A stretch of 64,000 bases of DNA from Vicugna vicugna (GCA_013265495.1 MU058781.1:7483009-7547008), one strand, 5' to 3'; positions 26,884-40,585 are shown, counted from the stretch's first letter. Numbers and translations are program-made. The notes: generated from the letters alone by a model not told the origin.

Positions 26884-27324
26884 TGTGCCTATCTAGACAA
26901 ACCTCTAATACTGCCAACCAAACATGTCCAAAATGAAAAAAAAAATTCATTATGTTCAACTGAATTCAAATCTATCAAGCTAGAAGCTTTACAGTGAATT
27001 TTATCTTCCTTTCCCTTCATCCTCTAGATAATTGAACTTCAAGTCTGTGATTTCTATCTCTGAAACATTGCTTCTATTCTGACTCATGTCTCTGTTTCCA
27101 CAGTTTAGACTCTCATCATCTATTTCCTGCATTTGCACAATAATCTCTCTTTCTTTTCAAGACAAATCACTTTGATATGTGTTGTTGAAATATTGTCCAA
27201 GAGGAAACAAACACCAGCAAAAAAAAAAAAAATCTTTCAACATAATGCTAGAAAAAGCTATGTCCCATCTGAGAAAATCGCATGTTTCCTCCATTCTAAT
27301 TAAATTCCTCTGAAAATGTCTAAA

Positions 27325-28820
27325 CTAAAATTTGTGTTAAATTGTAGCATAAATGTGGAAGTGTGAACAAATAATAACTGTACAGTTCAGTAAATTTTCA
27401 AAAAGTCAACATACTTGAGTAACCATTGCACATGGTAAAAGAACATCCTAGAACTCCTGAAGACTCTTTCATGCTGTCTTCACAGAGTTAGCCATTTACA
27501 GAACTTCTATAATGTCAATTAATTTTGCCTGTTTTGAACTTTATATAAAGGGAATAATGGTATGGTTCTTTTGTGTCTCTCTCCTTTTGCTTAGCTATAA
27601 AGTTGATGTTTATTATTAGTGTTATGTGTAACAGTAATTTGCTTATTCTCATTGTTGTATGATATTCCATTGTATGGATATGCCACAACTTATTTATCCA
27701 GTCCGCTATTGATTGACATTTGAATTTTTTCAGTTTTGGGCTACTTTAAAGAGCACTATTATGAACATTTTTAATACATATTTTGGCACAAATATGGATA
27801 AAACTGTGTTGAGTATATTCCTCAGGAGTGCAGTTGTCAGGCTGTAGGAACATCTGTCTTTGTAAACATTACCAAATATTACCAAATTGGATCCAGCATC
27901 CATATGTGAGAGTGTTTCCTAATACAGATCTTGGTAGCACTTGGTATTGTTAAGTATTTTCAGTCTTAGCTGTGTAATGAGCATATAATTGTATTCACTA
28001 TGGTTTTAATTTTCAGTTCATAATGACTAATGAGAGAGGCCACATTTTCACATGCTTATTTATTATTGATCATTTGGATCTCTTTTGTGTGAAGTGCCTG
28101 AATATTTTTTAAAACTTGGTGGCTGGCTCCGTTTTTGTAGTTCTTCATGTGTTTGGCACTTGATTCCTTTGTCAGTTGTAACCACGTGGGGCAAGTGTTT
28201 TCTACTCTGTGGTCTGCCTTATCACTGTCATAATGGGATCTTTTGATAAACTTAGGCTTTCCGAAAATTTTAATGTAGTCCAAGTTATCAAGGTTTTTCA
28301 TTTTGGTTAGAGTTGTGAAAGGTGTCTGTGTAGAAAAAGTGTCTGTGTTATTTTCTGGAATGTTTATTATTTTACATTTAACTTGTTGATCTATGAATCA
28401 TCTGAAATTAATTTTTGTGCAAGGGTGAGGCATGAATAAAACTTTTTGTTTTTTCCATGTAGATATCCAGTGGGCCTAGTACTGTTTATTGAAAGTACCA
28501 TGTTTTCCTCACTGTGACAGCGACATCTCTTTATAAATCAAGCGATACTGTGTGCATGTGTCAGTTTCTAGAGTCTCCATGCTTTCTAACTGGCCTGTTT
28601 AGCTATTCTTATGACAATGCCACACTGCCTGAATTTTAGAACAGGCCTACCAAGTTTCACAGAACTTCATGAATTCTGATTTTCATTGCTTTCGATTATA
28701 GTTCAATTTAGAATGGTTATTTTTTAAATATTGAGTCTTGGAGTCTTCCAGTCTGTGAATATGATGCATTTCTTCATTTGTTTTGGTATTTAGTTTCTCT
28801 CACCATTATTTTCTGTCATA
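27325..28820 (-). mobile_element. Ancient L1 (L1MD/L1ME-type) 3' portion
   Basis: TTTTGCCTGTTTTGAACTTTATATAAA...TATTCCATTGTATGGATATGCCACAACTTATTTATCCA; LDYIKI ORF2 remnant in ORF 28056-28301. Confidence 0.85.
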
Positions 28821-29524
28821 CATGATCAAACTCAAAGTTCTTGTTTTGTCATATAATACTCTTTATAATATGGTCTCAAGGATCACTCCTGCCCATCTTA
28901 TTTTCTGCCACTTCTCACCATCCATGTGTTTTTCTCAATTTCTTTGAACTTTCTAAAATGTCTAGAATATAAAAAGGGTAATTCTTAACTCCTTGCTTAT
29001 GCATATGATTTTTTCCTTATTTCTCAAAAATTTCCTTGTCTTCATGCCTTGTAATTTTCTTGCAATAGTTTAAACTAAGCTCAACTTTCATCATCTCTAT
29101 TAAATCTCTCCTTTCAAAGTAAATTGCATTGCTCTAAATCCATTAGTAACACGTTTTTCATATCACTATATTTTATTAATTCGTATCACTGTTTCTTCTC
29201 CTAAACTGAACTCCTCAAAGGTAGGGACTGCATTTTACTTGTTGTGCCACTAGTACAAGTCTTAGCTGAGCAAGAGTTCAACTATTATTTGCTGACTGAA
29301 TGGATGTGTCTCCAGTAGCTAATCCTGGCCAATTCATGAACCTACACACAGTAAAACAGAGGGGATTCCATTTGCCTTCAGTTTTCACAGAATCTCAGGG
29401 CTCCTTGGTACACAAAATAAGCTAAGAGAATAGATAATAAGTATACCTTAAAACCCACCCTTCAGGAAAAATCAAAATAACTCCACTTGCTGTGTTTCTG
29501 AGCCTCTTACAAGTTAGGTTAGCG

Positions 29525-29702
29525 ACACAGTGTGTGTTCCACAGACCCGCTACATCAGAGTCATGTGCAGTGATGTATCAGGCCCCCTCACCCCAGGCCT
29601 GAACCCAGACTCTCTGAATTGGTAAAAAGGGGGCTGAGAGTCTGCATTTCTGACAAGTGTCTAAAATGATACTAATGGCCATTGACTTTTGAGACTTGTG
29701 GA
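29525..29702. mobile_element. MER5-type hAT element
   Basis: CAGGCCCCCTCACCCCAGGCCTG...TCTGCATTTCTGACAAG...TTTTGAGAC. Confidence 0.65.
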
Positions 29703-31642
29703 CCAAAAAAATGGCCTTTTGGTTGTTCTTTCAAATGGCAGCCCTGATCTTCAAGCAGAGTTATCCTCTGGCAATTATGTCCGTAGGATCTCTGCCTGAC
29801 TTCCATTCCCTCTGAAAGGATGTACAGTGATCTGAAACTAAGCTTCCAGAATTTGAGCAGCCTGAAGGATTTAGCAGCAGACGGGTTCAGTTGAAAACAA
29901 AGCATACGTGAGAATCTGTCAGAAATCAGGATAAGGCGAAGCATGAAGGAAACTGTGTCTCCACTGTTATTGTGGAAATCCTCCACACTGAGTGCCAACC
30001 CACCTCAAAGGGTGGTTTAGTACTTCAGTTCTTGTTCATCCTGCTTTCATCATTATATTTTCACCTGGGATGGCATGGTCCAGAAATTGGCAGTTATATT
30101 CACATTGCAAGAGAAATGAAAGAGCAAGTCTGAGGCTCAAGGCTGGCTATTTGTGGTGGCCCATAAAAAAGGCAGAAGGAGCAGCATGTGAATTTCTTCC
30201 ATCCAGGACATAGTGGCCATCTGGATTGTGTGGCCTTTCTATACTGAGGTATGGAAACTTTTGTCCTGTACTTTTTTTCAAATCTAGAACGAGAAACCCC
30301 ATTTTTTGGCACTCTTTCCACCTCAACAATGTGAGCTATTCTCTTTTGCCCCAGAGTTCCATAATTAGAAAAGTTCCTTGTTGTTTGACGTGTCCAATAA
30401 GTTAATGCTTGAGAAGGTTATCTGTGACACTAAAATGCTGATCTTCAGGGAAATGATGAGAACTCAGCTGATGGACATGTAAACGAAGTCAGAACACCCT
30501 CCGTAACCCTGAGCAGAATACGAACCAGAAGAATATTTCAGCCTCACTTTTGATGAGGATGCTGTTTTATTTCTTCATTATAAATCTCTCTCCACACTCT
30601 TTTTAGCTTCCTAAAGTTTGGATGCTCATAGATGCATGTGTGACAGCAAGGAGGGAGAAAACTGCTGAATTTGGAAGCACAATGTTGTTCAGATTATTGG
30701 GAGAATGTGGTCCCTGGGACATATGCTGAGACAGGAAGGGCTGATCCATTTCCAGATGGAGCTCTCGCACCAAAACCACAGAAGGACTGTCAATTTGATT
30801 TCACAACTAACAAAGCCTCATTTCAAATCCAGCTGCCTAAGGATCCTGTTCCAAAACAGATTTACAAGAGGGCCAACAAAGACCATGGAATAAAATGTTT
30901 CTAGGCAAAGACCATATAAGAAAATGCATAAAAATTCCTCATACTAAAGACTATTCTAATTATTAATAAGTTAAATGACCCAATAACACTAGAGTGATGC
31001 CTCCATTGCTAGTTGAAGACATATATTGAGAAATACAAGGATGGTTCTACCTTAGAGACAGGTAATATTAAGGTACCAAGAAAAGATGTAGCCTCCCTGA
31101 AAGTCCTTTGATATTCTGAGCATGACTGAGCTTTAGATGAACTGTGATAACATAAGTGATAGAGATCCCATACTTCCCTGTTAGATTTGAAGTATTCCCC
31201 TGGGATTGGAAGACCCTAAGACGTGGTAAGCATGAAGAGTATATAGTGTACCTAAAGCCAACTGCATGGTTCAAAAATCCCTAAAATGTAAGGGTGAGAG
31301 ACCCCAGTGCTCATGAAATTATGCATTGCCCAAGGCCAGTCGAGGACAGAATTTGCTCACATGGAATGCTATTAATATTTGCTCACAGTGGCCTCTTAGT
31401 TCTCAAAACATTGTAAAAGCAAATATGTCAGAGGCACTAGACGCAATTCTCTGATCACTGACACAATATTCGTCTTAGTAAAGGTATGATAGAACTTGAA
31501 AGTAATTTGTTAATTCCACATGTGAAACAAAGGTGAAGAGTCAAATAGGAGTCCCAGCTGCAGTGAGTCGGAATGTAAAGCTACATAATGGATCATTGGA
31601 TGCCTCATGTACATCATAATCATTACTCACTGACACATGTAG

Positions 31643-31995
31643 GCAGTGGTTCTCAACCCTGCTGGCACATGCTGCAGAGCTTTAAGAAGCACTGGCTCCC
31701 CCCAGCCCTGCATTCTTATTCATTAGGTCTGGAGTGTGCCTTGGACTTCAGCATTTTTTTTTTAAAGCTCCTGGAGGTGATTCAGGCTGCAAACCACTAA
31801 CCCATTGATATAGATCATTATTTCTCATCTTTGGCTACTCATTAAAATTACCTGAGAGACATTTTAAAAAGCCCAGTGAACTCTGGGTTCCATCTCAGAC
31901 CCATTAAGTCAGAAGGGGGGCACTTCTGGATATACGTGTTTCTTAAAGTTTGCCTAAGTCATTGTATTTTGCAAACGGGATTGAGAATTACTGGT
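31643..31995. mobile_element. Two adjacent MER5-type elements (31643-31800 and 31815-31995)
   Basis: CAGTGGTTCTCAACCCTG...AAAGCTCCTGGAGGTGATTC; second copy TTTCTCATCTTTGGCT...GATTGAGAATTACTG. Confidence 0.7.
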
Positions 31996-32674
31996 AGACG
32001 GTTAGCTTTTTCACAAAGCAAGTTAAATGGACGTTAGTAGTTTTCTAATTTAAAAACCGTAGTGAATTCTGACCTGCTTTTCAGAAGTCTAATAACTGAT
32101 ATATATCATGTATATGTAAATATATAATGGTGTTCATATCTCTTTACTATGGATTAGAAACATAGAGGATGTAAAAGAAAAAAGCCTTGCCTTCAAGAAG
32201 TGATGAAGAGATTGCGTTAAACTTGAACGTTTCCACCAGAACTCCAGCGTCAGAAAAGTATTGGCAGAAAAGACACTGGAGACTTCCCCCCCCCCCCAAT
32301 TTCTGGCAAGATGATTCTCATCTCAGGTTCTGTGAGCAGAAAAAAAATCTTTTCTCCAGGAGATACTGTCAATCAGCTCTTCAAATCCTAATGTACTTGA
32401 AAAATGCTGATGTGCTAGATATTTTTTCTTCTCCAAAGGAGTTGGTTATGAAACATCTAAAAATGAAGCAGGAAACAAAAGAGAGAGTTAACTTCTAATT
32501 GCTCTGTTGAAGCAGTTTGTGCAAGTCTTGGCAGATTGGTGACTCCATTTGCAAATCTCAAAATTTGAAAGTCAGCAACTCTTAGGTGTGTGGAATCATT
32601 ATGCTCAAGGATTGTGTCAATGTATTTGCAAATTCCAAGTAGGGTTTGAACACAGGAAAGAGTGAATAAAAGAC

Positions 32675-32892
32675 CTTTTATTTATATTGTATGGACCAAA
32701 CACATCACTAGGTGATTTTATACTCTCTTCTCCATACGATGTAATACTGATAACATTTCTGTGATTCAGAAATTTATTATACATGTTTTAAAAATGAAAA
32801 AACAGAAGCTTATAGAAGTTAAGGGACTTTCTCAAAATTTACACAACTGCAAGTTCTCATAGATTGGTTTGATATCAGGTCACTTGCTCCTT
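32675..32892 (-). mobile_element. MIR SINE (diverged)
   Basis: TTTTAAAAATGAAAAAACAGAAGCTTATAGAAGTTAAGGGACTTTCTCAAAATTTACACAACT. Confidence 0.7.
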
Positions 32893-33735
32893 TAAAGGTC
32901 AGTTTTTAACAATATCCCTAAAAAAGTTTTCCCTCAGCCAGAAATAAAGTCCTTATTGACTCTCTCTCTACATAAGCAACAATTAGGAATAGCCTTCTAG
33001 ATCTTTGTTCAAATTGGTTGGTAATGCACAATATGGTTTTTGTTAGCAAGAATTCAAGGGACTGTGACCTTCTGCTAGTGCCAATCCTTTCAATATTCCA
33101 GTTTCTGTTGGCTCTTCCAAAAATGTGTTACTTAAAATCTTTGCCTTAGTAGGACAGGATGGGAAATAAGACAGATTTCTACTTTGGTGATCGAGTGCCT
33201 TCTAGGACCCGTTATCACTGGGAAAAATCAAATACCACTGTTAAACACAATATTATAGAAGGTCAACTTTTTGTTTTACTAGTTCTTCCTAAGAGCAGTG
33301 CTAAGAAATAAATTAAGCAAGACATCAAATAAGTGAATAGTATTGCATTGAAAGTCAAAGCCAAGTGTTTAATTTTCTATACCCTCAGTACATAGCCTTC
33401 CATGCAGCAGGCGGTTGGCAAATGTTGGTGGCAATGATAACAATGGAGATTTGAAGGTTTATAATATTACCTGCTTATACCACCTCTGATTCTCTTATTT
33501 TGTTTTTATTTTAATCTCAGATTTATGTGTATGCACAGAGATATAACATTATGGAGGGGAAGAAAAAATTCTTATTGACAACTGTTACCTTGGAGAGAAA
33601 ACTTTTTATTCATTGAGGGGGGGTTGTATTCAGTGACTTTAAAAGGGACATTTCTGAGTATAGGATAAAGGTGATCACCTGAGATAGGCTGTGCATTTCT
33701 GAAAAATGCCTCTTCTGATCCCTGCCCATCCCCAC

Positions 33736-34223
33736 TGTATTAGTTTCCTGTTGCTGCTATAACAAATTACCACAAACAGAGGTGTCAGCAACACAAATTT
33801 ACCATCCTACCGCCTGTGGGTCAGAAGTCCAACGCGGGTATTACTGGACTAAATTCAAGATGTTGGCAGAGGTGTATTCTTTTCTGGAAACTCCAGAGTG
33901 AAATCTGTTTCCTTATATTTTCCAGCTTCTATAGGAGGTCTGCATTCTTTGGCTAGTGGCCCCTTTCTCTATCCTCACAGATAGTAACATCAGATCTCCC
34001 TGACCCTTCTTCCATCGTCACATTTCTTTCTGACCACAGCCAAGAGAGGTGGAGATCAGGTTGGACCTACTAAGATAACTCAGGATAATCTCTCCCTCTC
34101 AGGTCATTAACTTAATCACAACTCCAAAGGCCCTTTCCCCCTTTTGCCACATAAGGTAACATATCCACAGGTTTCAGGATGTGTTCTGTGTGTGTTGGGG
34201 CGGGGATAATTCTGCCTTCTGTG
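33736..34223 (-). mobile_element. MLT1D MaLR solo LTR
   Basis: TGTATTAGTTTCCTGTTGCTGCTATAACAAATTACCACAAAC...; perfect 5-bp TSD CCCAC at 33731-33735 and 34224-34228. Confidence 0.92.
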
Positions 34224-34925
34224 CCCACTCCCTAGCCTGTGCCCTCTATCCTTCTCTCTCTTTAAAAGTATTCTAAAATTTTCCATGATGCTGTGAGAAA
34301 GACTAGACATTTGCTGCAGCCAAAAGTGGCATTATTGGTAAAATGAATTCTGAGACTCTTTTTAGTGATTCAGAGTTTGGGGACTGTGGAAAGTTTGAAG
34401 AGTGAAAATCTCAATGAGAGAGTAGTTGTAACAGAGAGGAGAAAATATTGCAGGAGAAAGAGGGAGATGTCCAAGGTGCTCCTGAGCAAAGGGTCATAAG
34501 GCTCCTGGAAGGGGAATAAGCAAGAATAAAACCTTCCTTAATCCATCCTTTAAAGGACTCTGTCCCTAATTCTGAGTCTGTACGGGGAGAGCAGTCCATC
34601 CCTTTTGTGAGCTTGGAATAGTATCCCAGGGTGATTCTCAGCTCCTTAGATACTTGACAAGACTCTGCTCCAAAAAATTAGAGCCAAGTGGAAAAAGATT
34701 TGGAGTAAACAGAAACCAAATATGTCTATTCTCCCTCTCCATAACTTTCTCTCCAAGTTAATCTTTCCAAACCATATCTGTAAAATTACAAGGACCCCCT
34801 TGTACTCTGCAGTGTTTGCCAATAAAACAGATCTGCATTTTGAGAGAGAGAGGAGAAATAGAATTAAATGAATATGCAGTAAGTCCCTACTGTGTGTTAG
34901 ACTCTCCATGTATTTTATTTCTTTT

Positions 34926-35579
34926 TTATTTATTAATAAGTATATTTTTAATTGAAGTATAATTGATTTACAATATTTCAGATATACAGCAAAGTGATTC
35001 AGTTACATATATATGTATTCTTTTTCATTATAAGTTGTTACTGAATATCGAATATGGTTCCTCTCCTGCTATATAGTGTGTCCTTGTTGTTTATTTATTT
35101 TATATATAGTAAGTCATATCTGTTAATCCCAAACACCTAATTTATCCCTTCCCCCTTTCCCCTTTGGTAATTGTAAGTTTGTTTTCTATGTCTGTGAGTC
35201 TATTTTTGTTTTGTAACAGTAAGTTCATTTGTACCATTTTTTAAGATTCCACATAAAAGTGATACCATATGGTATTTGTCTTTCTCTGTCTGACTTACTT
35301 TACTTGGTATGATAATCTCTAGGTCTATCCATGCTGCTGCAAATGACATTATTTCATTCTTTTTTATGGCTGAGTAGTATTCCATTGTGTATATATACCA
35401 CATCTTCTTTATCTACTCATTTGTTGATGGACATTAATGTTGCTTCCATGTCTTGGCTATTGTAAATAGTTCTACTATGAACATTGGGCTGCATATATCT
35501 TTTCAAATTAGAATTTTCATTTTTTCCAGATACATGCCCAGGAGTGGGATTGCTGGATCACATAGTAACTCAATTTTTT
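34926..35579 (-). mobile_element. 5'-truncated lineage L1 3' end inserted into a MIR
   Basis: ORF MWYIYTMEYYSAIKKNEIMSFAAAWIDLEII is the L1 ORF2 C-terminus; 19-bp TSD CATRTATTTTATTTCTTTT at 34907-34925 and 35580-35598. Confidence 0.95.
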
Positions 35580-36495
35580 CATATATTTTATTTCTTTTAA
35601 TTTTCTCTATTCATTATGAGTTAAATATTGGTAAACCTCTATTTTGTTGACTGAACCTCAGGTTGTATAATGTATTTGAGAAGCAGTAGTGAGAGCCTGG
35701 AATCTGATTTCTTTGTCTCTAAAGCTCTGTGCTTTCCTCTACCTGACTAGACAGTAAAAGCAGATATTAGCTGAAAAACTTTAATATAGATTGAAGTTAA
35801 AAGGTAAGGCAGCAATGAAGTTACTCACTGTTTTTGTTAAATTTTTAGAACAGTAGTTGGACATAGAGCCTCATAAATGATAACTATTATTATTTATAGT
35901 ATTGATTAAAATTACAATGAAAGCACATCTTCCTACTCATTAGAAAAGCAACTGCAGTATATATATACATTAATCTGTTTTTCATTTAGCTTATCCAGTG
36001 GTGCAACTCTTACACCTCTGTAAATGAGCCTTGAAGGAGGCACAAAGTAGAAAGGATGTGATTTTGGACCTCAAGGACAGTAGCGAGGGTTCAAACAATG
36101 AAATAGTTAAAGGTAAAATATGGTGAATGTTATCAGGGTGGGTGATACAAAGTGCTGTGAAGATATTTCACCAAGGCACTCAGGGTAGGTTTTATTTTGT
36201 ACTTGTTTTAGTCTTCATTTAGTATTCATTTGAACAGTATTTGCTTGATCATAGGTTATGGCATATTTTCAAGATTTGGCAAAAATAACAATAAAGGAGA
36301 TGGCATAGTCATAGGCAGAGGGGATAGATACGGATGGCTGATTAATGAAATTTCCTGGTGTTCTCATTGCCCATATGCTAGAGTGACTCATCACAATTAG
36401 TGAAGCTCAGGAGAGAAAACTTCAGATCACAGTTATCTTTCTGAGCCTAGTCAGTTTCCTAAAATAAGGTCATTTTGCAGAGGTGAAGTACACAC

Positions 36496-37001
36496 AGTAG
36501 ATGGACGTAAAAATGGCTCTAAATTTCCACTGCTCTCTATATCCAAACGTTTTGCGATATGACTTGTATCCCCTCCCATCAAGAGATGGGGTCTGTTTCT
36601 CTAACCCTTGAATATGAGCTGAACCTCTGACCTGTGTTGGCCAAAAGAATGCAGCAGAAGTCTGTGCCCAGTCAAGAAGCCTTAAATAATTCCATGTGCT
36701 TTCTTGGAAAACTGCCACCACCATAAGACCAAACATAGACCACATGGGAGAGAGCTGAACCAGTCCAGTTATTCCAGCTGAGGGCCAAGATACGTGCAAA
36801 AAAATTCAGCTGAGAGCAGCAAAGAAGACTGTCAGGCCTGCAGCTGAACACAGGCCAGTGAGGGAGCCACAGCAAGTCCACTCAGAGCAACAGAACTGAT
36901 GCGTTAATCCACAGACTCATGAGAAAAAAAATAAATGGTTGTTATTTAAAGCCACAAAAATTTTGGGGTGGTTTGTTTCATAGTAATAAGTAACTGATGC
37001 A
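36496..37001 (+). mobile_element. MLT1H-type MaLR solo LTR
   Basis: CCTCCCATCAAGAGATGGGGTCTGTTTC...CCCTTGAAT...CACAGACTCATGAG...TTTTGGGGTGGTTTGTT...TAACTGATGCA. Confidence 0.85.
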
Positions 37002-37214
37002 ATGTATATAATATTCAGCTTTTTTCCCTGAACAAATGGTATGAATGACAGAGGATAATCTCTGCTTCTCTAAATACAAATTGCTGTATTTAGAGCCTGA
37101 GAAACCATACAGCCTGTGGAATTATTTTCCATTTGACAAAGATGGAGTAAACGTTAGGGTAAGAAGTGTTTTCTGCTATGTGAAGGTAAACTTTTCCCTC
37201 TTGGCAAAGAGATG

Positions 37215-39395
37215 TGAGACTTCTGCCTCCAGCCATGATGGAGTAACAGATTTATCCTCACACTATAAAAATCTAGAAAAGTGGAACAAAACTAGAAAAA
37301 TGGACACAATACATGAAGCAACTGTTTCAGACACCAGACAAAAAATATAGCAGGATGGTGATCCTGAGAGACAAAAACAAGAAAGGTGAGCACTGTGATC
37401 ATCCCAGAAATCATAGCAGAAAACATCAAGCTTGAAGTCACTTTCTAGATAATAATACAGGAAGGTCATCTTCACCTAGACCTAGAGTAAAGATAACTCT
37501 AAACGCATCATAAAAGCATTTAAAAGCAAGTTTTGAAAGTATCAGGCTGAACTGCAAGTTACTTAACTTGCTGCCAAAGTCCAAACTCTTTAAGAAAAAA
37601 ACAACAAAATCTAGCCTTCAACAATGGGAAATTCATCATGTTCAGCATCTGATAAAAACTATTACCCACGTAAGGAAATAGGAAGATGAAATTTGTAACA
37701 AAGAGAAAAAACAATAACTAGAAGTAGATACATCACAGAGATTATGGAATTAGACAAATAATTTTACATACCCTTTATGAATATGCTCATGTATTTAAAG
37801 GAAAAACATGAACAATGTAAGTGATAAACACCAAACCCTAGACTTGAGAAAATACAATACATACATTTAAAAATATTACTCAATTGTATTAAAAGTAGTT
37901 AGAAACTAAAGACAAAAAAAATCAGTGAAAATGAAAATCTAGCCTCAGAAGCTATCCAAATTGACATAAAAAAAGACTAAAATAATAAAAAAGAAAAGAG
38001 CTTCAAGTGATACATAATTGGGCATAATTGCACAAAGGAGAGAAGAAGGAAATATAAGTACACTGTTTTAAGGTTCTTGCATTATTCCTGAAGTGGTACA
38101 TTATTTGAAAGTAGACTGTCATAAGTTTAAAGATTCAAATGACTAAAAAATAATAAAATATTGAAATTAGTGTAGATAAAGTGGAATAGTAAAAACATTC
38201 AAGTCACCCAAAAGAAAAAGGGAAAGGAGTAAAAAGGAACAAAGAACAAATGAAACGAAAAGGAAAACATAGCAAGATGGTTGATAGAATCCCAACATCA
38301 TAGATAACTGCATTGAATACAAACAATCTAAGCATTTTACTTAAAAAGCATGGATTGTCAGGCTGGATTAAAAAGCAAGATAGTTATGTGCTGTATACAA
38401 GAAAAACACTTCAAATGTAAAAATATAGATTAAAAACAAAAAATGGAAAATAATATGCAAGTACTAATCAAGAGAAAACTTGAATGGCTATGCTGACACT
38501 GACCAAAGTACACATCAGAAAAAGGAATATTTGCAGGAATAAAAGGGAATATTTTATCAAGGTGTCAATTCATCAGAATAGTTTAAGAACCTTAAATATT
38601 TATGCAATTAAGAGCTTCAAAAATATCTGAAGAAAAATCTGGCAGCACTGAAATTAGCAATAGACAAACTCTCTGTTACAGCTGGATATTTCAACACTCC
38701 TTTCTCAGAAGTTAATAATACTAGTAGTCATAAAATCAGTAGAATATGGAAGACTTATAAAAACACAATTACTAAATTAACTGAATCAGCATTGCCGATG
38801 GGAATATAAAATGTTTTAACCACTTTTTAAAACAGTTTGGAAGTTTCTTACCAAGTTAACCCTACACTGAATATATAACCCTGCAGTTCCTCTGGTAGGT
38901 ATTTACCCAAGAGAAATGGGAAGAAATATATCCACCCAAAGATGAGTACATGAATGTTCTTAGAAGCTTTGTTCACTGTAACCCTAAACTGGAAGCAAGT
39001 CTTATCACTAGGTGAATGGATCAACAATTTGTGGTGAATTCATACAATGGAAAACTACTCAGAAATAAAAAGCAAGATCCATGCAACAAGGTGGTTTAAT
39101 TTCAAAAATTTCATGCTGCACAAAAGGAGCCAGATCCAAAAAAGTACACATGGTATACTTCCAGTCATGTGAAATTCTAGAAAATGCAAATGATAGAGTA
39201 CAAGTAAGCATTTTCCTTGAGATTTAGGAAAGATGAGGGGACCTAATGCAAAGGGACATAAGGAAACTTTTTGGTTTTATGGAAATGGTCTATAACCTGA
39301 TTGTAGAAGTGGCTTCACAAATCTCAATGAACTATATACTTAAAATAGGTGTGGTTCACTGCATGGGGATCATACTTTTAAAAGTTGATTTAAAA
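37215..39395 (+). mobile_element. Ancient L1 (L1MD/ME-like) with 5' end, endonuclease region and 3' end
   Basis: GACTTCTGCCTCCAGCCATGATGGAGTAACAG 5' end; TGGATTAAAAAGCAAGA...TGCTGTATACAAGA (EN); TAGGTATTTACCCAAGAGAAATG and AAAGTTGATTTAAAA 3' end. Confidence 0.8.
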
Positions 39396-39819
39396 GAATG
39401 ATGTGAGTTTCTCATCCCGTTCCTAATAGCCATTTAGGTTAACATAACAAATACTCAGTGTATTAATTAGAAAACAGTAATCTTTAAGGAAGAGCTTTCT
39501 GTGGAATTCATGTCTTGAAATTTTTTAATTAAAATTGGCCCTGCTTTTCTCTTTTCTGAAATGGGGATGTGAACACAAATGAGTTTCAGCTAGAAGGGAA
39601 ATCCACAGCCATTACAGATCCCTCTGTTGATTAAGGAGGTAATACAACAAGGGACACAAATGAGACACCCAAATGCAAACTGACTTCCGTTACTTTTGAA
39701 TGTTTGATGAGTGAAGCATTAATTATTGCTAGCTAGATATCTTAGCTAAATGGAGAGCTGAGGTCTAACCCAGTGCTTTACGACTCTTTTTGTTCATATT
39801 GAACATCAAGAATAAAGAG

Positions 39820-40200
39820 AGAAAACTAAAGATAATTAATCTGAGTGACGCTTTTAACTGGGTTGGGAAATAGACAGGAAGAATATTTTAGCAAAGGGGA
39901 GATAATAAATCTAGTTTCTGACATACTGAGTTTGAGGCACCTGTAAAATCTCTAGTTGGAGATACCCAGTTGGCAGATGGTAATACAAGCTTGGAGCTTT
40001 AATGAAAGTCATAGGTGCCGCTAGGGATATCAGTGTGTAAGGAGAGACTGGGAGGAGAGCAGAAGAGAGAAGAGGAAGGGGGGTGAGGAGAGAAGAGATG
40101 AAGAAAAAAATGGCTGATAGCTATTGTGCACTTGTCTTTCAAGAAGTTACATGCATGGTTAAAGGGAAGAGAAGGAAAGGCTTGAGAGAGCTAGCTAGGA
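39820..40200 (-). mobile_element. L2 fragment
   Basis: TTCTGACATACTGAGTTTGAGGCACCTGT...GGAGATACCCAGTTGGCAG. Confidence 0.65.
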
Positions 40201-40214
40201 ATGAAATATATCAG

Positions 40215-40585
40215 AGTATATTTCTCTGATTCTGTACTTCAACTGGGTGCCCAACAATTCAGTCCTGTTCGGACGCAGCCTGGAGTTAGCATCAGTCTCT
40301 ACAGGTTTAAAAGCTCAATCTCACAAGGCTGCCTCTAGCACCTGCACTTCTGTTCAACTTGGCTACAAATTCAACGGTTCCCTTGACCCCACCCCATCCC
40401 TTCAGATCTGGTAATTCACTACAATGCCTCACAGAACTCAGGAAAACACTTTACTTGTTTACCAGATTATTACAAGGGAGTCAACTGAAGAACAGCTGAA
40501 TAGAAGAGGTGCATAGGGCAGGGTATGGTGAGGGTGGTGTGGGGCAGAGCTTCCACTCCCTCTCTGGGCACACCCCCCTCCCACT
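40215..40585 (-). mobile_element. MER21-type LTR, partial
   Basis: CCTGGAGTTAGCATCAG...CTCACAGAACTCAGGAAAACACTTTACTT...GAGGTGCATAGGGCAGGGTATGG. Confidence 0.8.

Larger units (their letters stand above)
24420..29306 (+). mobile_element. L2 LINE split into pieces by two L1 insertions
   Basis: L2-like segments at about 24420-24670, 26884-27150 (AAACATGTCCAAAATGAA) and 28820-29306 ending CTCCTCAAAGGTAGGGAC...TTTGCTGACTGAATGGATG. Confidence 0.6.

Noticed and set aside
25332..26936. Cluster of ORFs on both strands
   Set aside because: Frameshifted L1 ORF2 fragments and their antisense shadows, not a host gene.
30671..30904. Protein-like ORF MEAQCCSDYW...
   Set aside because: Non-ATG start, no homology I recognise, no convincing flanking splice sites, and a length expected by chance.
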